The notes below the pieces were generated by a model, which was given only the letters and a program-made list of their open reading frames with translations, had not been told where the DNA came from and did no database searches. This document shows, piece after piece, positions 18,928 through 27,803 of a stretch of 48,674 nucleotides of DNA. Each line of letters opens with the position of its first letter. The first letter of the stretch is position 1. The DNA lies in contig JAUXTS010000047.1 in the NCBI GenBank assembly GCA_030679115.1, positions 1-48,674 on the forward strand. The letters run 5' to 3'. Made by a program: the position numbers and the translations under genes. This DNA is from an archaeon (GTDB lineage Archaea > Nanobdellota > Nanobdellia > Pacearchaeales > GW2011-AR1).

Positions 18928-21900
18928 TTACTTCTTTTTTATTTTAGATAAGGGCCCTGTTACCTCTACCAGCAATCCAGGCAATCCAGTTCCTACAGGT
19001 ATTGCCTGATTCAGAAGAATATTTTCTATTACAGACTTAAGTTCATCCTTCCCCCCTTGAATAGTGGCATTTACAAATTGCTTATCTGGTGTCTCAAATG
19101 TAGCTCTTGCTAAAATACTTGCTTTGTCTGAAATTATTCCCATTCTTGTTACTCCCTTTACAACTCCTGAAGAAGTCATTGCATCTCCAACAAGCTTAAG
19201 ATGCCTTTCATTAATATCAAGTCCTTGACTTTCAATAACTTTATTTATTTCATGAATGATAGTCTGTCTTGCAGCTTCAATTCCTAATACTTCTGCTGTA
19301 TCATGAATATCATTAGAAGTGATTCTATCTTTGTCAATTCCTTTTACTTCTATTACTTCTTTCAAATTAGAGCCTGCAGTTAATATCACAAAATCTTTTC
19401 CTCTTTCTGCAACAACAACCTGCGCAATTCCCTTTATTCCAGAGACTATAGTTTCTTTCAATTTCTCTTTAATTTTATACATCTCTTTGAATCCTTCTTT
19501 TGCAAGATTTACACTCAATTTCAAATCATTTCCCTTTACATTAAATCCTTTTTCCTTCAATCTTTCAACTATTGTATCTGCTCCCACATGCACAGATTTC
19601 AATCCCTTGCTGTCAATAATAACTTCTATTTTCTTGTTTGAAAAGTCTATTTTTATTTCAGACATTATTTCTTTAAGCTTTACTTCTTTTATTTTTTCAG
19701 CAATAACTTTTGCATCTTTTTCATTGTTATGCTCTTTATCAAGATAAATTTCCATTAAAGGAGTTGAAGGCTGTTTTCTTGCATCAAGAATTTCAATTAA
19801 TCTTGGCAAACCCAAAGTAATCTGCATTTGAGATACTCCTGCGAAATGGAATACGTTAAGAACCATTTGTGTTGAAGCTTCTCCAAATGACTGCGCGGTA
19901 ACTACTCCGACTGCTTCTCCAGGAACTGTCTCACTGTCTTTCAAATGCAGTTTTGATACATCCTTTCCATCATCGCTGTACATAAACTGGATTATATTTT
20001 CAGAAGCATCTCTTACTGTCTTGTCATATTCAACTTTCAAATCTTGAAGTGCAGAAACTAATCTTCTATATAAGTAACCGGATTTAGGAGTTCTAAGTGC
20101 AGTATCCATAAGGCTGTCTCTTCCTGTAATGGATGCAAAGAAAAATTCAGTAGGCTTTAATCCCTTAAAGAATGAAGATTTGATAAATCCTCTTGAATCT
20201 GGGCTTAAGTCTCCTCTTTTGAAAAATGGCAGTGTTCTTTCAGTAAATCCGAAATTAATTCTCTTGCTTCCAAGAGCTTGCTGTCCGACTCCGCATGCTA
20301 TCTGAACTATGTTAAGCATGCTTCCTGCCGCTTCCGGCTGAATCATCTTATTGACATTTCCAGTTACTGGGAAATTAGCCTTTACTATCTTGGCAATTTC
20401 AGTTCTAACTTCATTTAATACTTGAAGTATTTTCATTTCTCTAGTATCTTCAAGGCTCTTTCCAGGAACATGAAGTAAGGTTCCACTTTCATAAGATTTT
20501 ACAATTTCTGCAGTTTTCTTTTCTGCATTTGCAATTACTTCATCAGTCATTTTCTTTACTTTGTCTGAGACATTTAAATCATGAAGTGATAAAGTGTACC
20601 CTTTTCTTGAAAGATAAGTTGCTCCAAGAATAAATGCCTTATTTATTGAATCAACTGCAGCTTCCCTTCCGAATTCTCTGTCAATTATTTTAACCATTAC
20701 TCCATCTTCAGCTCCGAAAGAATTGCTTCTTGTTATTTCATGTGGAACTTTAATGCTTGAGCCTTTTGGAATAATTTGTGCAAATATATCTCTTCCACTT
20801 ATTTCTTTTCCTTTTTCGCTGTTTATTGTATCTGCGGCAAATAAAAGCTGATCTGCATCTCTCTTTGAAATAATATCGCTTCCCAATAAGTATAATCCAG
20901 TTACAGAGTCTGAAATTGTTCCTACAAGATTCATATTATTCTTTGAAGAAATAATATTCTGATTGACTTCCAAAAGAGTTTTTGCTTCAGCGATAGCTTC
21001 TTCAGTCTGCGGGCTGTGAATGTTCATTTCATCTCCATCATAGTCTGCATTATAAGGTGCAGCTGCTGCGGGGTGTAGTCTGAATGTTCTGTGAGGCAAA
21101 ACTCTTACATAGTGTGCCATCAAACTTTGTTTATGCAGCGAAGGATGTCTGTTGAACAAAACTATATCTCCATCACTTAAATGTCTTTCAATTTTATAGC
21201 CTGGGCATATCTCCACACATAATTCTTCTTTCAAATCTTCAGTGATTTTCTTTCTTCTGCCATCTGTCCTTATAACATAATTTGCTCCAGGATAATTTTC
21301 TCCCTTTTTGATCAATTCTCTCATTAATTCTATATTACTTGTTGTAACACTTTCAGCAACAGTTATAATTTTTGCAATTTCAAATGGAACTCCAACTTCA
21401 TTTATTTTTATATGCGGATCTGGAGATATAACTGTTCTTGCAGAATAATTGACTCTCTTTCCAGCAAGATTATGTCTTATTCTTCCTTCTTTTCCTTTTA
21501 TTCTTTCAGTAATTGTCTTTAATGGTTGTCCGCTTCTGTGTCTTGCAGGAGGAATTCTTGAAATATTATTGTCAAAGAATGTAGTAATATGATATTGTAA
21601 TAAATCCCACAAATCTTCTATAATGACTTCAGGCGCCCCAGCATTTAGGTTTTCCCACAATCTCTGATTTGACCTGATGATATCAGAAAGCTTGTGAGTG
21701 CAGTCATCTTCACTTCTCTCTCCGCTATCTAATGTAATGGATGGTCTGACAGTTACTGACGGAACAAGCAATAATGAAAGCACAGACCATTCAGGCCTGC
21801 AGGTTTTTGGATTTATTCCGATTTTTATAAGTTCTTCATCCTTTATATTGACTAATCTTTCTCTTGCTTCTATAGGGGATAATCTTTTCTTTCCAACCAT

Positions 21901-22353
21901 AAAAGTACTTGGCTTTTCAAGTTTGACTTTTTCTAATGTTTCTCCGCAATGCGGGCATTTTTTTGCATCTCTTGCTTTCTTGGCTCTCTGGCTTGTAATA
22001 ATTCCACTTTGCTTTTCATCGCTTAATGTAAGCTTTCCGCAGTTTATGCAGAAACTTCTCAAGCAAAGTTCTACCAAAGGAATATATTTAATGTGAAAAA
22101 CAGGCCTTGCAAGTTCAATGCTTCCTGGATGTCCCGGACATTCTTTGACTCTCTTTCCGCATGTTCTGCATCTTACTCCTGGGTCAATTGCTCCAAGTCT
22201 TAAATCCATTAATCCTCCATCTACTGGAAATCCATCTATATCATAAAGTTCAGGAGTAACTATTTTTGCAGAACTCAGCTTCTTAATTTGGTTTGGACTA
22301 AGCAGGCTGAATTTCAAGGCTTTTATCTGTTTTCTAAAATATTTTTCTCTCAT
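18928..22353 (-). CDS. rpoA: RNA polymerase largest subunit Rpo1 (A' and A'' fused)
   Basis: CPGHPG, GKRVNYSAR, NADYDGD, bridge helix TPKSGY, then PGEAVG...TQMVLNVFH and RATFE in a single ORF. Confidence 0.96.
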   Translation of the reverse strand: MREKYFRKQIKALKFSLLSPNQIKKLSSAKIVTPELYDIDGFPVDGGLMDLRLGAIDPGVRCRTCGKRVKECPGHPGSIELARPVFHIKYIPLVELCLRSFCINCGKLTLSDEKQSGIITSQRAKKARDAKKCPHCGETLEKVKLEKPSTFMVGKKRLSPIEARERLVNIKDEELIKIGINPKTCRPEWSVLSLLLVPSVTVRPSITLDSGERSEDDCTHKLSDIIRSNQRLWENLNAGAPEVIIEDLWDLLQYHITTFFDNNISRIPPARHRSGQPLKTITERIKGKEGRIRHNLAGKRVNYSARTVISPDPHIKINEVGVPFEIAKIITVAESVTTSNIELMRELIKKGENYPGANYVIRTDGRRKKITEDLKEELCVEICPGYKIERHLSDGDIVLFNRHPSLHKQSLMAHYVRVLPHRTFRLHPAAAAPYNADYDGDEMNIHSPQTEEAIAEAKTLLEVNQNIISSKNNMNLVGTISDSVTGLYLLGSDIISKRDADQLLFAADTINSEKGKEISGRDIFAQIIPKGSSIKVPHEITRSNSFGAEDGVMVKIIDREFGREAAVDSINKAFILGATYLSRKGYTLSLHDLNVSDKVKKMTDEVIANAEKKTAEIVKSYESGTLLHVPGKSLEDTREMKILQVLNEVRTEIAKIVKANFPVTGNVNKMIQPEAAGSMLNIVQIACGVGQQALGSKRINFGFTERTLPFFKRGDLSPDSRGFIKSSFFKGLKPTEFFFASITGRDSLMDTALRTPKSGYLYRRLVSALQDLKVEYDKTVRDASENIIQFMYSDDGKDVSKLHLKDSETVPGEAVGVVTAQSFGEASTQMVLNVFHFAGVSQMQITLGLPRLIEILDARKQPSTPLMEIYLDKEHNNEKDAKVIAEKIKEVKLKEIMSEIKIDFSNKKIEVIIDSKGLKSVHVGADTIVERLKEKGFNVKGNDLKLSVNLAKEGFKEMYKIKEKLKETIVSGIKGIAQVVVAERGKDFVILTAGSNLKEVIEVKGIDKDRITSNDIHDTAEVLGIEAARQTIIHEINKVIESQGLDINERHLKLVGDAMTSSGVVKGVTRMGIISDKASILARATFETPDKQFVNATIQGGKDELKSVIENILLNQAIPVGTGLPGLLVEVTGPLSKIKKK

Positions 22354-22649
22354 CTTTGTCTTACAACCTCCAGACTACTTATTTCTACAACTCTTGGATT
22401 AAGAACATAATCAATTGTATTAATAAGAACAACCCTTTGAGGTTCGATATGTACTGCTTCCATTCTTCTAGCCAATTCAAATTCATCTCTATCGTTATCA
22501 ATTACCCCTATATTTTCTAATACAGCAATATAATTATTTCCATATTTCTTTCTAAGAGCATTCTCATTCTCTCTAACATAATTTCTTGCTCTTTCAAATC
22601 CTGCTAAAAATTGTTCTTCTTCTGTTCTTGTTTGTGTTTGTTGTTCCAT
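22350..22649 (-). CDS. DUF5678-like small protein inserted between rpoB and rpoA
   Basis: LRKKYGNNYIAV...VID...DEFEL pattern; ATGA overlap with rpoA. Confidence 0.6.
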   Translation of the reverse strand: MEQQTQTRTEEEQFLAGFERARNYVRENENALRKKYGNNYIAVLENIGVIDNDRDEFELARRMEAVHIEPQRVVLINTIDYVLNPRVVEISSLEVVRQR

Positions 22650-22651
22650 GT

Positions 22652-25600
22652 TTATTGTTCAAATTTATTCTTTAAGTCGAATGTAGTATTTATTCCAAGT
22701 GCAAGCAGTTCATCAACCAATAGCTTGAATGCATATGAGACTTCAATTGGTTCAATTTCATTGCCTCCACACATAGTGCAGACAATTTTATTTCTAAGGA
22801 CATCTTCATAAGTCATAAACCCGCATTCTTTGCATATATAGACTTCTGTCTTGTCTGAATCATATCTTTCCTTCAAAAGCAAAGCAGCCCCATGTCCTGA
22901 AAGTGCCTGTTGCTCCATTTCTCCAAGTCTAAGTCCTCCGCCTCTTGATCTTCCTTCAATTGGCTGTCTTGTAAGCAATGCAACTTTTCCTGATGCTCTT
23001 GCGTGCATCTTATTCTTTACCATGTATTTCAATTTCAAATAATACATATTTCCAATGTAAATCTTGGCTTCCATTTTCTTTCCAGTAATTCCATGATACA
23101 TTGTTTCTTTTCCATCAAAGCTGAACCCCATTTCTTTCAATTGATTCTCAAGTTCCTGAACGCTTTGTCCAGAGAATGAAGTCCCATCTATAATTTTTCC
23201 TGCAACTGCTCCGACTTTTCCTGCAAATAATTCTATCAAATGTCCGACTGTCATTCTGCTTGGTATTCCGTGAGGGTTGAATATTAAATCAGGTTTTACT
23301 CCGCTCGCCGTAAATGGAACATCTTCTGAATCTGCAATGAAACCGACTACTCCTTTCTGTCCATGAGGTGTTGAAAATTTATCTCCTGGTTCAGGCAGTC
23401 TCAAATCTCTTGTTCTTACTTGAGCAATCTTGTTTCCCTCTTCATCTACTGTAACAAATACTGCATCAATAGTTCCTCTTTCTTCCTGTCTTATTGCTGC
23501 ACTTGCTTCTTTCTTTGCCTGAATGCTTATGTCTTTTGCTTCACTTAAGAATTTTGGAGGAGTCGTCTTTCCAATAATTACTTCTCCTTGTTCCATACTT
23601 GCTTCAGGATAAACTATTCCATCATCTTCCAAGAATCTGTAAGAAGCTTCAGTTCTATATCCTGAAACATCTTTTTCTGGAATGGTTATCTCATCAGATA
23701 ATCCTCCAGGATATTGTAATTCAGTTGTTGAATACGGCCTGAAATAAGTGCTTCTTCCCATTCCCCTGTCAATACTTGATTTGCTCAAGACAACTGCGTC
23801 TTCAAGATTATATCCTTCAAACGGCATTATCGCTACAATTATATTCTGTCCTGAAGGATAAACTTCCAATGTATCGTATACAAAACTTCTTACCAATGGT
23901 TTTTGTGGATAGTGAAGTATAGAAACATCTGTATCAAGTCTTGTTAAGAAGTTTGCAGCATAAATTCCAAGACTCTGTTTCAATGTCTTGCTTCCTTTGT
24001 TAAGTTTTGGAGCGTGATCGTGATTTGCATAAGGAACAAGGCTCGTGATTAATCCAAATAAATCAATAGGGTCAACTTCAAGATGAGTAGAATCTTGATT
24101 AATTTCTTCCGGATAAAGCGCGACGAGCGCATTATCTTCTTCTGCCGCATCAATATATTCTACAATTCCTTCATTAATCAAATCGATCCATGTTTTTTTA
24201 TTGTTTTCAAGCAATACCAGATGCTCATCTTTCAATCTGCTTGAACCTTTTTCAACAACAATTATTGGCCTAAGAACTCTTCCAACTTCTATAGACATTG
24301 TAATCTGATTAAGAATATTATCATATCTTACACTCAATTCTCTTGGCAATTGCCCTGCTCTTCTTATTTCTCTTACTTTCTGTGCAAAATCCTGTGGATT
24401 TTCAACCATTCCTACAAATCTTCCATTAAAGAAAACGTCTTTGCCTGATTCTTTATTCAATCCTGCTTCATGGAATTTTCTTAAAACATTTCCTTCATCA
24501 AATTCTATCGCAGTCGATATTTTGCTTAAGATAGCGAGATTCTTTCTCAATCCAATTTCAGTTCCTTCTGGAGTTTCAGTTGGGCAGAATCTTCCATAAT
24601 GAGTTGGGTGAAGTGTTCTTGCCATAAAGTTTTCCTGCTCTCCAGGCAACATGGAAGAAACTCTCTGCAATTGTGAGAGCATAGCAAGATAATTTGTCTT
24701 ATCCATGTTCTGAGTTACTCCGCTTCTCTCTCCAATCCAGCTCCCTGTAGCAATCGCGCTTTCAATTCTTTGCGTGAATAAAGTAGATTTGGCAATTGTC
24801 TTTATTGAATAGAATTTTTTTCTCTTAGTTACTTTCTGAAGAGAATATTGTATATCTCTTATAAGAATTCCCATGTTTACTCTGAATAAATCAGACATCA
24901 AATCACCTGAAAGTTTTACTCTCTTATTTGCATAATGGTCTTTGTCGGTTCTTATTTTTTCACTTTCTGTTGCTCTAAGATATAATTTAATAAGTCTGCA
25001 TAAAGTAAGTGCTTTTTCTCCTCTTGAACTTTTATCCGTTCCTATATGAGGTAGGAAAAATGAATCTATTTTTTGCTTTACTCTGTCAATAATTTCTTTT
25101 TTTGTTCCTTGTATTCCTGTTTTTTCAGCAAGATAGGCTATTGCATCTTCGCTTTCCTGTAATTTTGCAAATTCATATAAGTTAACAATTAAAGAATCAT
25201 TTTCGTGTCCAATGTGCTTTGCAATATCGGCTTCTTTTGTCATTCCAAGGACTTTCAAAACAACTATTGCAGGAATATTTTTCAATCTGCTGAAAGTTAA
25301 TTCCAATAATCCTTCATTTGTAGATATAATTGTTGTCGGAATTCTATATGAACCTTTTTGCGAGAAAATTCTTAACATTAATCCATATCTTCCTTCTTCT
25401 ATAAATGGCTGATTTGCAGCCAAATCTTCATTCATTACCATGACTCTTTCATTTCCATTAATTATAAAATATCCTCCAGGGTCAAGAGGATCCATATAAT
25501 TTTCTATCATCTGCTCTTTATTCATTCCATGAGTATTACAGACAGCGCTCTTAACCATGATTGGAATTCTTCCAATTTCAACTTCAGAACTATCAGATTG

Positions 25601-25900
25601 ATTTCCGAATTTAACTGTCAATTCTACAAAAACAGGGGCAGAATAAGTTAAATTTCTCAATTTTGCCATAGTTGGAGTGATAAGACTGCTACTTCCGTCT
25701 GCTTCAATGATATTTGGAGTTTCAATTCTTATTTTTCCAAGCTTAATTTCAACTTCTTCATTATTTATTGTGTCATTTATTTCGTTAATAATAGTCTGCA
25801 TTTTATTTTTAATAAAATCATTGAAAGAAGATACGTTGGATTCAACCAGAGAATGCTGTTCAAGATATTTTTTAATCAATAAATGTTTTTGTTTTTGCAT
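22652..25900 (-). CDS. rpoB: RNA polymerase subunit Rpo2 (B, unsplit)
   Basis: GGYFIING, CPTETPEG, GYNLEDA, GDKFSTPHGQKG, GGLRLGEME, C-terminal Zn ribbon. Confidence 0.97.
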   Translation of the reverse strand: MQKQKHLLIKKYLEQHSLVESNVSSFNDFIKNKMQTIINEINDTINNEEVEIKLGKIRIETPNIIEADGSSSLITPTMAKLRNLTYSAPVFVELTVKFGNQSDSSEVEIGRIPIMVKSAVCNTHGMNKEQMIENYMDPLDPGGYFIINGNERVMVMNEDLAANQPFIEEGRYGLMLRIFSQKGSYRIPTTIISTNEGLLELTFSRLKNIPAIVVLKVLGMTKEADIAKHIGHENDSLIVNLYEFAKLQESEDAIAYLAEKTGIQGTKKEIIDRVKQKIDSFFLPHIGTDKSSRGEKALTLCRLIKLYLRATESEKIRTDKDHYANKRVKLSGDLMSDLFRVNMGILIRDIQYSLQKVTKRKKFYSIKTIAKSTLFTQRIESAIATGSWIGERSGVTQNMDKTNYLAMLSQLQRVSSMLPGEQENFMARTLHPTHYGRFCPTETPEGTEIGLRKNLAILSKISTAIEFDEGNVLRKFHEAGLNKESGKDVFFNGRFVGMVENPQDFAQKVREIRRAGQLPRELSVRYDNILNQITMSIEVGRVLRPIIVVEKGSSRLKDEHLVLLENNKKTWIDLINEGIVEYIDAAEEDNALVALYPEEINQDSTHLEVDPIDLFGLITSLVPYANHDHAPKLNKGSKTLKQSLGIYAANFLTRLDTDVSILHYPQKPLVRSFVYDTLEVYPSGQNIIVAIMPFEGYNLEDAVVLSKSSIDRGMGRSTYFRPYSTTELQYPGGLSDEITIPEKDVSGYRTEASYRFLEDDGIVYPEASMEQGEVIIGKTTPPKFLSEAKDISIQAKKEASAAIRQEERGTIDAVFVTVDEEGNKIAQVRTRDLRLPEPGDKFSTPHGQKGVVGFIADSEDVPFTASGVKPDLIFNPHGIPSRMTVGHLIELFAGKVGAVAGKIIDGTSFSGQSVQELENQLKEMGFSFDGKETMYHGITGKKMEAKIYIGNMYYLKLKYMVKNKMHARASGKVALLTRQPIEGRSRGGGLRLGEMEQQALSGHGAALLLKERYDSDKTEVYICKECGFMTYEDVLRNKIVCTMCGGNEIEPIEVSYAFKLLVDELLALGINTTFDLKNKFEQ

Positions 25901-26107
25901 TTATGCCACCACCCTATAATAAAAATAAACTTTATCTTCGGTTTTTCTTTCAATTTTCAGAACATCTCCAGGAACATAGCCTTGAAGAATTGCAGGATCA
26001 GTCGATTTAATTTTAGGCAATTGAGAAAGAGAAATATTATATTTTTCCAATAAATCTTTAATTTCTTGAGGCTTTAATTTTGTATGTTTGGGTTGTAAGA
26101 TGTGCAT
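25901..26107 (-). CDS. rpoH: RNA polymerase subunit Rpo5 (H)
   Basis: HILQPKH...QLPKI...DP...GDVLKIER...YYRVV. Confidence 0.95.
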   Translation of the reverse strand: MHILQPKHTKLKPQEIKDLLEKYNISLSQLPKIKSTDPAILQGYVPGDVLKIERKTEDKVYFYYRVVA

Positions 26108-26180
26108 GGATATCGTTGGAGTTTACATAAATTTAATTTAAGCAACTCAATTAAATTGATTGCAAAAATGGCTTTTTAAA

Positions 26181-26282
26181 TCTTTTGCCGTTGGGCAAAA
26201 GAGATAGAGAATTCTAAAAGAATTCTCTAAGGACTTTCGACGTAAGTCGAAATGGACAAAGAATTGTTTTTTCAATTCTTTG
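26181..26282. repeat. Four-hairpin element, copy C (family 1), upstream of the rpoH promoter
   Basis: TCTTTTGCC/GGCAAAAGA; TAGAGAATTC/GAATTCTCTA; AGGAC; TTTCGAC-GTAA-GTCGAAA; TGGAC; AAAGAATTG/CAATTCTTT. Confidence 0.85.
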
Positions 26283-26412
26283 GAGTTTTCTTCAAGAAAC
26301 ATTTAACTTCAAAAATAAGCCATTTTTGTAGAATGGCCCCGACGGCTGAAAGAATTTTCGTAACCTCAAATTCTTAGTGCCCTCGGTTCCAATATAATCT
26401 GAAGAGTTTATA

Positions 26413-26487
26413 TGGCCCCGACGGGATTCGGACCCGCGACACCTGGATTAAAAGTCCAGTGCTCTGACCAGGCTGAGCTACGGAGCC
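26413..26487 (-). tRNA. tRNA-Lys(UUU)
   Basis: GGCTCCGTAGCTCAGCCTGGTCAGAGCACTGGACTTTTAATCCAGGTGTCGCGGGTCCGAATCCCGTCGGGGCCA folds as a cloverleaf with anticodon TTT; no intron; TATA upstream. Confidence 0.95.
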
Positions 26488-26545
26488 ATGACAACACGAG
26501 AAAAAGTTGTTATATAAATCTTTATTTTTTGGAGAATTAAGTTTT

Positions 26546-26866
26546 CTAAAAGACTTCATTAATTCTTTTCTTCAATTCTTCTTTTGGCATTGCACCCATA
26601 GTACTATCAATATGCTCGCCGTCCTTGAAAAAAAGCAGAGCCGGAATGCTCATAACTTCAAATCTCTGCGCCAAATCGCTTTCTTTGTCAATATTAATTT
26701 TTCCAAAATGAACTTTTCCTTTCATCTCTTTTGCAAGTTCATCAACAATCGGAGAAAGCATTTTACATGGCCCGCACCATTCTGCCCAGAAATCAACAAT
26801 CACTTTTCCTTCAGAAATAAAATCATCAAAATTCGCCTCTTTTAATTCTGTAACACTTCCCATCAC
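26546..26866 (-). CDS. trxA: Thioredoxin
   Basis: WCGPC active site and cis-Pro motif SIP. Confidence 0.96.
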   Translation of the reverse strand: MMGSVTELKEANFDDFISEGKVIVDFWAEWCGPCKMLSPIVDELAKEMKGKVHFGKINIDKESDLAQRFEVMSIPALLFFKDGEHIDSTMGAMPKEELKKRINEVF

Positions 26867-26943
26867 ATATTTTAAAAGATTAAGTTAATAAATCTTTTTG
26901 TGATATTTTATTTATCGTCGCTGTCGATAAAATTTAAATATAT

Positions 26944-27759
26944 TTATTTGCCTTTCAAGACATCCATCATTGAATAGACTTTTCCTTTCTCTCCAGCAGC
27001 AATCTTTCCGCTTAAGAACCTGATTGCATCAATTGTTCCTGCTGCATAAACCTCTCTTCCGTTTACATTGTGTGTGAATCTAAATAGGACACTTCCATCC
27101 TTAGATTTTAGGGTGTAAGTATGCCATCCATGGCCTGTCAATGACTCTTCAGGTACCTCCATTGCAATTTGCTGTTGAGACTCTCTAATCATCTTAATCT
27201 GTTTTACATCAAATGGAATGCCTAATGAATTGAAATAGTCTACCATTACTTTTGCAGTTCCGCTTGTGTCTGCTTTTCCTTTCTGATGGCTTTCGACTAT
27301 CTCAAGAGAATAATCTTTGAATGCTGCAGGAAAGGTATCAGCAGCATATTTCATCATTGCTTGGAAAGCAACGATTTGTTTTGCCATATTTGGGGCAATT
27401 ACTGCAACAACATCGGAGTCTCTAACTCTTTGCTCTAAAGCGGTTCTGTCTCCTCCGGTTGTACCCATAACAAAAGGCAAATTATGGATGCAATAAAAAT
27501 CTGCATTTGAATTTACTGCAGAAGGATGTGTAAAATCGACGACTATCCCTCCTTTAGGAAAACAACTATCTGCCGCAAAGAAAACTCTTTGGTGGGGTGT
27601 ATAAAGATGAATTTTATTTCCCCCTATCTCTGCCGTCTTTTGAGTTATTTCTGACCCTGTTAAAGAATAATCCCACAGTTCGAGACCTTCAGTTCTCAAA
27701 ACTTGTTTTGCAACTTCTCCAGCCATCTTTCCCGGCAGACCATTAACCATTATTTTCAT
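26944..27759 (-). CDS. dapB: 4-hydroxy-tetrahydrodipicolinate reductase
   Basis: NGLPGKMA, DFT, GTTG, APN, ESHQKGKADTSGTA. Confidence 0.88.
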   Translation of the reverse strand: MKIMVNGLPGKMAGEVAKQVLRTEGLELWDYSLTGSEITQKTAEIGGNKIHLYTPHQRVFFAADSCFPKGGIVVDFTHPSAVNSNADFYCIHNLPFVMGTTGGDRTALEQRVRDSDVVAVIAPNMAKQIVAFQAMMKYAADTFPAAFKDYSLEIVESHQKGKADTSGTAKVMVDYFNSLGIPFDVKQIKMIRESQQQIAMEVPEESLTGHGWHTYTLKSKDGSVLFRFTHNVNGREVYAAGTIDAIRFLSGKIAAGEKGKVYSMMDVLKGK

Positions 27760-27803
27760 TTCCTTCTCTCAAAGAAATAGTTTATAAATCTTTCTCACAA
27801 AAT

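Noticed and set aside
26374-26559. 61-aa ORF on the minus strand
   Set aside because: It spans the tRNA-Lys gene and its promoter
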